A DNA stretch of 32,000 nucleotides from Micrococcus luteus NCTC 2665 (GTDB taxonomy: Bacteria; Actinomycetota; Actinomycetes; Actinomycetales; Micrococcaceae): positions 2,430,001 to 2,462,000 of the forward strand of contig NC_012803.1 of assembly GCF_000023205.1 (NCBI RefSeq). The letters run 5' to 3'. The notes beneath the pieces are model-generated. The model saw only the letters and a program-made list of their open reading frames with translations. It searched no databases and was not told where the DNA came from. A program made the translations under genes and the position numbers. Each line of letters opens with the position of its first letter. The stretch's first letter is position 1. Positions 9,184-17,199 of the stretch are shown here, piece after piece.

Positions 9184-9312
9184 GGCCGGGTCTAGATGTT
9201 GTGGGTCATGAGGTTCTTGGCATGACCAGCGGCCTGAGATGAGACGAGCGGGCCCCGTCCCGCGGGATGGAAGTTCCTCAACTACCACATCCACGGAGAA
9301 CAGAGCCCGCTC

Positions 9313-9610
9313 GTGACCCACGCTCACGCACCCCTGACCCCCACCGGGGAAGACCTGCGCCAGCCACCGCAGAAGATCACCGCCCGGGCCCCGGGACACA
9401 TGGTGCACCTGGACGTGAAGAAGATCGGCAAGATCCCCGACGGGGGCGGCCCGCGCGCCCACGGGCGGGGCACCGAGGCCGCACGGGCCGTACGGGCCGC
9501 CAAGCATGGACCCGGCGCGAAGGTGGGGTACACCTCCCTGCACTCGGCGATCGATGGGCACACCCGGCTGGCCTACACCGAAGCGTTGGAGGACGAGCGC
9601 CCCGCCGCCG
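9313..9610 (+). mobile_element. IS481-family transposase remnant (pseudogene, internally deleted and 3'-truncated)
   Basis: The translation THAHAPLTPTG ... GHMVHLDVKKIGKIPDGGG.RAHGRG ... VGYTSLHSAIDGHTRLAYTEALEDE matches the N-terminus and the start of the DDE core of IS481-type transposases. Most of the protein is missing, and I saw no terminal inverted repeats. Confidence 0.7.
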
Positions 9611-9791
9611 TGAACGCGGCGATCCCGATCAACGAGTGCGTCCCCTGCCGGCGTCCGCCGGCGAGAACCCGCCCGTGAGGGCCAACCAGGCTGCGGCACC
9701 GGTGGCGGCGTGCGATGCGCCCCTCCCCCAGCACGTCCCCCGGCACCCTCGCCTGGCCCCCGTCCCGGGTGCTCTCCTCTACGATGCAGTG

Positions 9792-10328
9792 ATGACCACC
9801 ACCCTCACCCTGCTGGACCCCGCCGGCCCGGACCGCGAGGCGCTCATCGCCCTCCTCACCGGGAACGCGTGGCCGTTCCACATGCGCCCGCACCCCAGCC
9901 GGGAGCAGGTCGACGCGGCCATCGACGACGGCGGCTGGGGCGACGAGGACAACCGCACCTTCTGGATCGAGCACGACGTGCACGGTCGCGTCGGCGTCGT
10001 GCGCCTCGAGGACCTCACCGACCCCACTCCCCTCTTCGACCTGCGCGTGGCCGAGCGGTTCCGCGGCCGAGGCCTCGGCGTCGAGATCCTCACCGCGCTG
10101 ACCCGTCACGTGTTCGAGACGATGCCGGACGTCGACCGGTTCGAGGGCCAGACCCGCGAGGACAACTCGCCGATGCTCCGCACCTTCCAGCGGGCCGGCT
10201 GGGTCAAGGAGGCCCACTACCGGCGGGGCTGGCCCGTGGAGGGTGGGGAGCCGGTGGCCTCCGTGGCCTATGCGATGCTCCGCCAGGACTGGGAGAACGG
10301 CACGACGACGCCCGTGCCGTGGGAGTGA
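9792..10328 (+). CDS. GNAT N-acetyltransferase, single domain. Corresponds to the N-terminal half of the tandem-GNAT gene at 22020..23162
   Basis: Part of ORF 9267..10328, with ATG at 9792 (MTTTLTLLDPAGPDREALIALLTGNAWPFH...). It has the acetyl-CoA motif RGRGLG. It is colinear with residues 1 to about 176 of the downstream paralogue up to TTTPVP, then ends in WE-stop at the junction. Confidence 0.8.
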   Translation: MTTTLTLLDPAGPDREALIALLTGNAWPFHMRPHPSREQVDAAIDDGGWGDEDNRTFWIEHDVHGRVGVVRLEDLTDPTPLFDLRVAERFRGRGLGVEILTALTRHVFETMPDVDRFEGQTREDNSPMLRTFQRAGWVKEAHYRRGWPVEGGEPVASVAYAMLRQDWENGTTTPVPWE

Positions 10329-10377
10329 GGCTGCCGGCGAACGACCTGGACTGACACCCACCTGGAACACTGGTCCC

Positions 10378-11841
10378 ATGTCCTCTCTCGCCCAGGCGCT
10401 CCGGGTCCACCGCCTCGTGCAGGACGACGTCGCCCTGCGCATGCTGCGCATGGACTCCCTGCCCCTCGTGGCCGGCGTCCTCGCCACCCATCTGGGCGCC
10501 CCGAACGCGAGCCTGCCCACGCACGAGCTGCATGACGCCCTCGACGCCGAGCTCGACACCCTGCGGGACCACCTGGACCTCTCGGGGCGGACAGCCAAGG
10601 CGTACTGCGAGGACTGGCGGCAGGCGGGACTGCTCGAGCGGCGCATCGCGGACGAGGCCCGCGAGGAGGTCTACGAGCTGACGCCGGCCGCGCGGCAGGG
10701 GCTCCGCGTCGTCGAGCAGCTCCTCGCACCGCGCGCGAGCGTCACCGAGTCCCGCCTCGTCTCCCTCCTCACCGCGCTCCATCAGCTGGCCCTCGAGACC
10801 GACCCGGACACCTCCCGCCGGCTGGCCGCCCTGCGGGCTGAGCAGCAGGCCCTGGCGGAGCGCATCGAGCGCATCGCCTCCGGTGAGGACACCGTGCTGG
10901 ATGAGCGACGCGCGGTGGAGCGGCTCGACGACGTGCTCACCCAGGCGGCCGACCTCCCCGTGGACTTCGCCCGGGTCCGGGCACGGTTCGGGGAGCTCAA
11001 TCAGGAGCTGCGGCGTCGCATCCTCACGGACGAGGGGCTTCCCGGCGACGTCCTGGAGAACGTGTTCCGCGGCGTGGACCTCATCGAGTCCTCGGACGAG
11101 GGCCAGACCTTCGCCGCGTTCTCCCGCATGGTGCGGGACCCCGCGATGTCCGCGGCGTTCCAGGCCGACATCCGGGCCGTCCTCGAGCGCGACTTCGCCG
11201 CGGATCTGCCGCCCGCCACGCGGCGTGCGGTGCGTGGCCTCGCACGCACCCTGCAGGACGGCTCGTCCGCCGTGCAGGACACGCTCACGGAGTTCGCCCG
11301 CGGCCTGCGCCGCTACGTCCTCTCCCAGGAGTACCACCGGGACCGCCGTCTGCACGTGGCCCTCCGGGAGGCGCTCAGCGCCGCCGCCGACGCCGCCCCG
11401 GCCACGCGTCCCTACCGGCAGACGGGGCGGGACCTGGACCTCACCGGCATGTCCCTGCGCTCCGTCGGGGAGATCTCCCTGCACGATCCCCGCGAGTTCG
11501 ACGTCGGTCCTGCCCTCGCGGACGCCGCCGTGGCCACGGTGGACATGGCCGCCCTGCGTGCGCTCGCCCGTGAGACGGAGATCGACTTCACGGAACTGCG
11601 CGAGAACGTGAACCGCACCCTCGAGGGGAAGGACGGCGCGCCGGCCTCGGCCACGGTCGCCGACGTCCTCGAGCTGCACCCCGCCACGCAGGGGGTGGCG
11701 AGCGTCGTCGGACTCCTCTCCCTCGCCGCGCAGCACGGCCAAGTGGACCCCGACGCCGTCGACCTCCTCCGCTGGCCCGCCGCCGCCGGGATGCACTCCG
11801 CGCACGTGATCCGCCACCGCTTCACCGAAAGGCTCCCCTGA
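10378..11841 (+). CDS. jetA: Wadjet JetA-like subunit (DUF3375-type, kleisin / MukF-like)
   Basis: 487 aa from ATG 10378. The N-terminal pattern LRVHRLVQDDVALRMLRMDSLPLVAGVL..., then ...YELTPAARQGLRVVEQLLAPRASVTESRLVSLL, matches my recollection of DUF3375. Its stop TGA shares one base with the ATG of the next gene (TGATG at 11839-11843). Confidence 0.85.
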   Translation: MSSLAQALRVHRLVQDDVALRMLRMDSLPLVAGVLATHLGAPNASLPTHELHDALDAELDTLRDHLDLSGRTAKAYCEDWRQAGLLERRIADEAREEVYELTPAARQGLRVVEQLLAPRASVTESRLVSLLTALHQLALETDPDTSRRLAALRAEQQALAERIERIASGEDTVLDERRAVERLDDVLTQAADLPVDFARVRARFGELNQELRRRILTDEGLPGDVLENVFRGVDLIESSDEGQTFAAFSRMVRDPAMSAAFQADIRAVLERDFAADLPPATRRAVRGLARTLQDGSSAVQDTLTEFARGLRRYVLSQEYHRDRRLHVALREALSAAADAAPATRPYRQTGRDLDLTGMSLRSVGEISLHDPREFDVGPALADAAVATVDMAALRALARETEIDFTELRENVNRTLEGKDGAPASATVADVLELHPATQGVASVVGLLSLAAQHGQVDPDAVDLLRWPAAAGMHSAHVIRHRFTERLP

Positions 11842-12521
11842 TGACCCCGGATTCCGACGACGCGGCGACTCCGCCCGCCACGGACGCTGCGCATACCGCC
11901 GGCGCCGCGCCCACGCTGTGGGAGGGCGATCTCGGCACGCTCGGAGAGCAGTCACGACGCGCACTGCTCGAACTCCTCCAGGGTCCGTACCTCTCCGGCC
12001 GCCGTCGCCCCCAGCTGTGGCAGGCCCTGATCGCCGACGAGGCCGCCATCCGCTCGCGGCTGCACGACCTGTTCCTCGACGTGGTGATCGACCAGCATGA
12101 CGAGTTCGCGTTCACACGCAGGGTCGCGACGGACGAGATCGCGGTGCCGGCCGCCCTGCGCTCCAAGTCCATGACGTTCCTGGACACCGCGATGCTCCTG
12201 GTCCTGCGCCAGCACCTGCTGACGGCGGCCGGCGAACGCCGCGTGATCGTGGGCCGGGACGAGGTCTTCGAGCAGCTGGCCGTGTACCAGCAGGGTGACG
12301 ACTCCGGGTGGGCGCGCCGACTGAACAGCTCGTGGACCAAGATGCTCAACAGCTTCTCCGTCCTCCAGCAGCTGGAGGACGACCGCGCCGAGGTCTCGCC
12401 GGTGCTCAAGGTGATGATCGGCCCGGAGGAGGCCCGGGCGTTCACCGAGCTGTACCGCGAGATCGCGGCGGGGCAGAACGACGACGACGCGGATGTCACG
12501 ACCCAGGAGGACGACCGATGA
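11841..12521 (+). CDS. jetB: Wadjet JetB-like subunit (DUF4194-type, KITE / MukE-like)
   Basis: 226 aa. RRALLELLQGPYLSGRRRPQLWQALIADEAAIRSRLHDLFLDVVIDQHDEFAFTRRV is the typical DUF4194 core, and the tail is acidic. It has an ATGA overlap with the next gene (12518-12521). Confidence 0.85.
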   Translation: MTPDSDDAATPPATDAAHTAGAAPTLWEGDLGTLGEQSRRALLELLQGPYLSGRRRPQLWQALIADEAAIRSRLHDLFLDVVIDQHDEFAFTRRVATDEIAVPAALRSKSMTFLDTAMLLVLRQHLLTAAGERRVIVGRDEVFEQLAVYQQGDDSGWARRLNSSWTKMLNSFSVLQQLEDDRAEVSPVLKVMIGPEEARAFTELYREIAAGQNDDDADVTTQEDDR

Positions 12522-15500
12522 CCGCACCTCATCCCGCGCAGGAGCAGGACACGTTCGACCTCGGCATCGAGTTCCCCGGCCGCGACACAGCGGACATCCG
12601 CCAGTGGCGCCTCGAGGAGGTCCAGATCGCCAACTGGGGCACCATGGACGGTCGCATCCACCGCTTCCCCGTCTCGCGCCGCGGGCACCTGATCACGGGG
12701 CCCTCGGGCTCGGGCAAGTCCTCGATCCTGGACGCGATCGCCGCCGTCCTCACCCCGGACAAGTGGCTGCGCTTCAACCAGGCCGCGCAGGGCGGGGCGG
12801 AGCGGACGGCCACGCGCGGCCTGGTCTCCTACGTGCGCGGCGCGTGGACCCGCCGGCAGGACGAGGACGAGGACCGCGTGGTCTCCGCGTACCTGCGCCC
12901 CGGGGCCACGTGGGCCGGCGTCGTCCTCACGTATCGCGACGGCGCGGGCGGCGTCGTCTCGCTGTGCCGACAGTTCTTCCTGCGCGGCACCGCGATGTCC
13001 CGGGCCGACATGAAGGACCTGTGCCTGCTCGAGCGCTCTGCCGTGGACCTGGCCGAACTGCAGACGCTGATCGACGACGGCATCAGGACCCGCCGTGTGC
13101 AGGCACGCTGGCCGCAGGCCGTCGTCACCACGAACGGCGGTCACGGCCCGTTCTACGCGCGCCTGCGCTCGGTGTTCGGCATCCGCGACGACGCCGCGCT
13201 GCACCTGCTGCACCGGACCCAGTCCGCCAAGGGGCTGGACTCGCTGGACCAGCTGTTCCGCAACCACATGCTGGAGCGGCCGCCGACGTTCGCCATGGCG
13301 GACCGCGCGGTCGAGGAGTTCGGCGCGCTGCGCACCGCGTACGAGCGCGTCGTGGACCTGCGCCGGCAGCGGGACCACCTGCTCGAGGTGCGCACGGCCG
13401 CACAGGAGTACGAGGCCGCCGTCGCCGAGGAGTCCAGGCTGCGCCGCCTCGAGGCCGCCATCCACCCCTACCACCAGGCCAGGTTCCTGGCGGAGATCCG
13501 GCGGGCGCTCGAGGAGGTGCAGGCCTCGCTCGCGGGCCTTCACGCGGCGCGCACCGAGGCCGACGCCGAGCAGGAGCGCGCGGAGCAGCGGCGCCAGCAC
13601 GCCCTGATCGCGCTCGCCAGCGTGGGCGGGGACCGCGTCGCGGAGCTCGGACGGCAGATCGACGCGGCACGGGAGCAGCACCGGGAGCGTCTGGCTCGGC
13701 GCGCCGTCCTGGCGAACCGCCTCCGCGCGGCGGACGTGGACGCGGAGCCGAGTACCGCCGTCGAGTTCGGCGAGCTCCAGGCGGCCATCGCCGCGGACCT
13801 GGAGGCGCCGCCCGAGCACCCGGGGCCGAGCCACGCCCAGCTGACCGAGCTCAGCCGCCTGCGGGAGGCGGTGCGCGAGCTCGAGGCGGACATCACGGCC
13901 CTGCGCCGCCGCGGCAGCACCGTGCCCCGGCACCTGGCGTCGGTCCGGGAGGACCTGGCGGAGCACCTGGGCGTGCGGACGGACGCGGTGCCCTTCGTGG
14001 CCGAGCTGCTCGACGTCGACGCGCGCCATCAGGAGTGGACCGGCGCGATCGAGCGCGTGCTCGCCCCGCTCTCGCTGACCCTGCTGATCCCCACGCGGCT
14101 GCTCTCGGCGGCCCGGACCTGGATCGACCGGCGCCACCTGGGCGTGCGACTGCGGTTCGAGGAAGTCAGGCCGACGCGGGCCGCCATCCGGCCCGCGAGC
14201 AGTCAGGACTCCCTCGTGCACAAGGTGACGGTGAAGCAGGGCGTGTTCCACGACTGGCTCCAGGCCCGCCTCTCCGAGCGGTTCGACCTGGCGTGTGTCA
14301 GTACGGCCGCCGAGCTCGCGCGGCACGAGCGGGCCGTGACGGCGGCCGGCCAGGTGAAGCTCTCCGCCACGCGGTACGAGAAGGACGACCGGTTCCGCGT
14401 GGATGACCGCTCCCGTTGGGTCCTCGGCGATCCGGCGGCGAAGCTGGAGGTGCTGGTCGAGGAGCGCGCCGCGCGCCAGGCGGCGTTCGCCGTCGTCGAG
14501 GGCGAGGTCCAGCGGGCCCAGGAGCGGGCCGATGCGGAGCGCCGGCGCCGCGCCACTCTGCGCAGCGTGCTCGAGACCCCGTGGACGGACGTGGACCACG
14601 CGGCACTGGAGCGCCGGATCGCGGACCTCCGGGCGCAGGCGGATGAGCTCAGCGCCGCCAGCGGCGATCTGCAGGCCGCCCGTCGCAGGGACGAGGCCGC
14701 CCAGCAGGACCTCCGGACCGCCCGCCAGGCCGCTGACGAGGCCCGACTGGCCGCCGCCCAGGCCGAGCGCCGCCGAGCCGAGCTCACCCAGGAGGCGCGA
14801 GAGCTCGAGGCGGAGAGCACCGGCCGCGAGCCGCTCCCAGCGGAGCTCACCGCCGAGCTCGACGCCCGCTTCCGGGCCGTGCGCCGCTCCGCCACGCGTT
14901 CCGCCCTGACGGAGAGCGCCGACCTCGTGCGCCGGGACGTGAGCGCGCTGGCCGAACGCGCGCGTTCCGCGGGTGCGCAGGCGGGGGAGCGCTGCACCGT
15001 GCTCACCACGCAGTTCTCCCGCCAGTGGGCGGTGGCGGCCGCGGACGCCTCGCCCGGCGTCGAGGACCGCGGCACGTACCTGGCGATCCTCGAGCGCATC
15101 GTGGGGCAGGGGCTGCCCGAGCACGAGGACCGGTTCCACCAGATCCTGCACGAGCGCTCCTCCGTGCTCTTCGGCGAGCTCCACCGGGCCATCAGCACCG
15201 CGCCCGGGGAGATCGAGGACCGCGTGGACCCCATCAACTCGGCGCTGCGGCGCTCCCCCTTCGACGAGGGGCGGTTCCTGCACCTGCGTGTGCGCGTGCG
15301 TCGTCCCGAGGCGGCGCAGCAGTTCCTCCGCGACCTCTCCGCCGTGGCGGAGAACGCGTGGGCCGACGACTCCCTCGACGATGCCGAGCGGCGCTACACC
15401 GCGCTGGCCGGGATCATGGACCGCCTCGCCTCCTCGGACCACGTGGACCGGGTGTGGCGGCAGCAGTGCCTGGACACGCGCGAGCACGTCACCTTCCTCG

Positions 15501-15874
15501 CGCAGGAGGTCGACGACGCCGGCGCCGTCCACGCCACGTACGACTCGGGCGCCGCGATGTCCGGCGGGCAGCAGCAGAAGCTCGTGGTCTTCTGCCTCGC
15601 CGCGGCTCTGCGCTACCAGCTGGCCGCCCCCGAGGACCCGCGCCCGCGGTACGGGACGGTGATCCTGGATGAGGCGTTCGACAAGGCCGACGCCCGCTAC
15701 ACGCGCATGGCCATGGACGTGTTCGTGGAGTTCGGCTTCCAGATGGTGCTCGCCACCCCTCAGAAGCTCCTGCAGACCATCGCCCCCTACGTCGGCGGCA
15801 TCACCACGGTGGAGAACCCGACGCGGCGGCTCACCCAGATCGCCGAGGTGATGTGGGAGGACGAGGAGAAGTGA
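12518..15874 (+). CDS. jetC: Wadjet JetC-like SMC/ABC-type ATPase (MukB / MksB-like)
   Basis: 1118 aa from ATG 12518.
- Walker A GPSGSGKSS at 12698-12724.
- About 700 aa of A/E/R/L-rich coiled-coil-like sequence.
- ABC signature SGGQ at 15560-15571.
- Walker B VILDE at 15659-15673.
This split-head plus long-arm layout is the SMC architecture. Confidence 0.9.
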   Translation: MTAPHPAQEQDTFDLGIEFPGRDTADIRQWRLEEVQIANWGTMDGRIHRFPVSRRGHLITGPSGSGKSSILDAIAAVLTPDKWLRFNQAAQGGAERTATRGLVSYVRGAWTRRQDEDEDRVVSAYLRPGATWAGVVLTYRDGAGGVVSLCRQFFLRGTAMSRADMKDLCLLERSAVDLAELQTLIDDGIRTRRVQARWPQAVVTTNGGHGPFYARLRSVFGIRDDAALHLLHRTQSAKGLDSLDQLFRNHMLERPPTFAMADRAVEEFGALRTAYERVVDLRRQRDHLLEVRTAAQEYEAAVAEESRLRRLEAAIHPYHQARFLAEIRRALEEVQASLAGLHAARTEADAEQERAEQRRQHALIALASVGGDRVAELGRQIDAAREQHRERLARRAVLANRLRAADVDAEPSTAVEFGELQAAIAADLEAPPEHPGPSHAQLTELSRLREAVRELEADITALRRRGSTVPRHLASVREDLAEHLGVRTDAVPFVAELLDVDARHQEWTGAIERVLAPLSLTLLIPTRLLSAARTWIDRRHLGVRLRFEEVRPTRAAIRPASSQDSLVHKVTVKQGVFHDWLQARLSERFDLACVSTAAELARHERAVTAAGQVKLSATRYEKDDRFRVDDRSRWVLGDPAAKLEVLVEERAARQAAFAVVEGEVQRAQERADAERRRRATLRSVLETPWTDVDHAALERRIADLRAQADELSAASGDLQAARRRDEAAQQDLRTARQAADEARLAAAQAERRRAELTQEARELEAESTGREPLPAELTAELDARFRAVRRSATRSALTESADLVRRDVSALAERARSAGAQAGERCTVLTTQFSRQWAVAAADASPGVEDRGTYLAILERIVGQGLPEHEDRFHQILHERSSVLFGELHRAISTAPGEIEDRVDPINSALRRSPFDEGRFLHLRVRVRRPEAAQQFLRDLSAVAENAWADDSLDDAERRYTALAGIMDRLASSDHVDRVWRQQCLDTREHVTFLAQEVDDAGAVHATYDSGAAMSGGQQQKLVVFCLAAALRYQLAAPEDPRPRYGTVILDEAFDKADARYTRMAMDVFVEFGFQMVLATPQKLLQTIAPYVGGITTVENPTRRLTQIAEVMWEDEEK

Positions 15875-17199
15875 GCGGGGCGACGGGACGGGGCCGGGAT
15901 GGGACGGGGGCCTGGCCGATGGTGGCTCCGGAGGCGGCGCGCGAGCTGGCGCGTCGGGCCCTGGCCCGGTCGCATCGCGGGTGGACCCTCGGCGAGGTGC
16001 CCACCCCCGCGTGGTCGCTGCCGCTCAAGCCGCCCACGGAGCAGGTCGTCCTCGCCGACCCGCAGGCCGCGCAGTCCTGGGCACGGGGCTGGCGGGCCGC
16101 CACCCTGCCCGCGGGCATCCGGGTGGAGTGGGCCGAGCGCAGCTGGCGCAGCGTCGGGCGGCAACAGGTGCCCGTACGCGTCCACGCGGTCACCCCGGAC
16201 GCGCTCGTGGCGTGGGTCGGCGGGCGCGAGGCGCGGGAGCAGCGGGTCTTCGCGGAGCGCGTCGCAGCGATGCGGCGGCTGGCCGAGGCGTGGGGCGGGT
16301 CGGGCCCGTCGGCTGCGGGTGGGGCGGGGTCAGCCCCGCAGACACAGGACGACGACGGCGAGGCCGCCGCCGACCCCCGCGAGCTGACACTCGCCGCGGC
16401 ACTGCGGCGCCACGCGCAGCGCCTCACCGACCTGAGCGAGCCGGACTTCCTGCGCGTGGTCGCGGTGCTGGAGTGGCTGCGGACCACGCCCGTGCAGGGC
16501 CTGCGGCCGCGTCAGCTGCCGATCCGCGGGGTCGACTCGAAGTGGTTCGGGGCGCACCGCACCCTGCTGGAAGCGCTGCACGCGCCACAGGAGGGCGGTC
16601 TCGGGATCGTCGACGCCCACCCGACGGTGCGCGTCCGCATCCTCGATCCGGCCCTGCGCCCGGAGGGACTGCGTGATCTGGAGGTCCCGCTGGAGCAGGC
16701 CGCCGCGTGGCCGATCGCGCCCGCGCGCGTGCTCGTGGTGGAGAACAGCGAGACGCTGCTGTGTCTGCCGGACGCCCCGGGCGCCGTCGCCGTGTGGGGC
16801 CGGGGCTTCGACACCGCGGCAACAGTGCTGCCGTGGCTGCGGGGCGCGGAGCTGCACTACTGGGGCGACCTGGACTCCCACGGCTTCGCGATCCTCCACC
16901 GGTACCGCACCCGCCTGCCGCAGCTGCGCAGCGTGCTCATGGACGTCCGGACCCTCGAGGCGTTCCGCGACCTGTGCGTCCCGGATCCCACGCCCTTCCG
17001 TGGCGCGCTGGCCACGCTGACCTCGGACGAGGCGCGCGCGCTGGAGCGGCTGCGTGCCGAGGGCGACGTGCGGCTCGAGCAGGAGCGGGTCGGGTGGGAC
17101 CACGCGCTCTCGGCGCTGGACGCGCACTTCGTCTTCTGCGACGCGGGCGATCGTGCCGCCGGTGGCGAGGACGCGGACGGTCGGCGGATCGCGTCATGA
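15871..17199 (+). CDS. jetD: Wadjet JetD-like subunit (DUF3322 N-terminal domain plus DUF2220 Toprim nuclease domain, MksG-like)
   Basis: The C-terminal Toprim signature is VLVVENSETLL (Glu codon 16741-16743) and YWGDLDSHGFAILHRYR (DxD at 16867-16875). The start is either GTG 15871 (GTGA overlap with the jetC stop, which fits the coupling pattern of this operon) or ATG 15919. Confidence 0.85.
   Translation: MSGATGRGRDGTGAWPMVAPEAARELARRALARSHRGWTLGEVPTPAWSLPLKPPTEQVVLADPQAAQSWARGWRAATLPAGIRVEWAERSWRSVGRQQVPVRVHAVTPDALVAWVGGREAREQRVFAERVAAMRRLAEAWGGSGPSAAGGAGSAPQTQDDDGEAAADPRELTLAAALRRHAQRLTDLSEPDFLRVVAVLEWLRTTPVQGLRPRQLPIRGVDSKWFGAHRTLLEALHAPQEGGLGIVDAHPTVRVRILDPALRPEGLRDLEVPLEQAAAWPIAPARVLVVENSETLLCLPDAPGAVAVWGRGFDTAATVLPWLRGAELHYWGDLDSHGFAILHRYRTRLPQLRSVLMDVRTLEAFRDLCVPDPTPFRGALATLTSDEARALERLRAEGDVRLEQERVGWDHALSALDAHFVFCDAGDRAAGGEDADGRRIAS

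Noticed and set aside
9267-10328. 353-aa ORF suggesting one long gene
   Set aside because: It is chimeric. The N-terminal two-thirds is an Arg/Pro-rich off-frame read across the IS481 remnant and intergenic DNA. Only the part from ATG 9792 has GNAT sequence, and it is colinear with the paralogue that starts at the equivalent Met.
12308-12517. N-terminal extension of jetC to the upstream start at 12308
   Set aside because: The extension overlaps jetB in another frame and is Arg/Gly/Pro-rich. The ATG at 12518 gives the canonical ATGA coupling, and the conserved N-terminus lies just before the Walker A.
11822-15532. 1236-aa ORF on the minus strand, the longest ORF in the window
   Set aside because: It is antisense to jetB/jetC. 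Its translation is a low-complexity G/A/R/P/L-rich string with no motifs, whereas the plus-strand frame carries Walker A, the ABC signature and Walker B in the correct order. This is a typical GC-driven shadow ORF.
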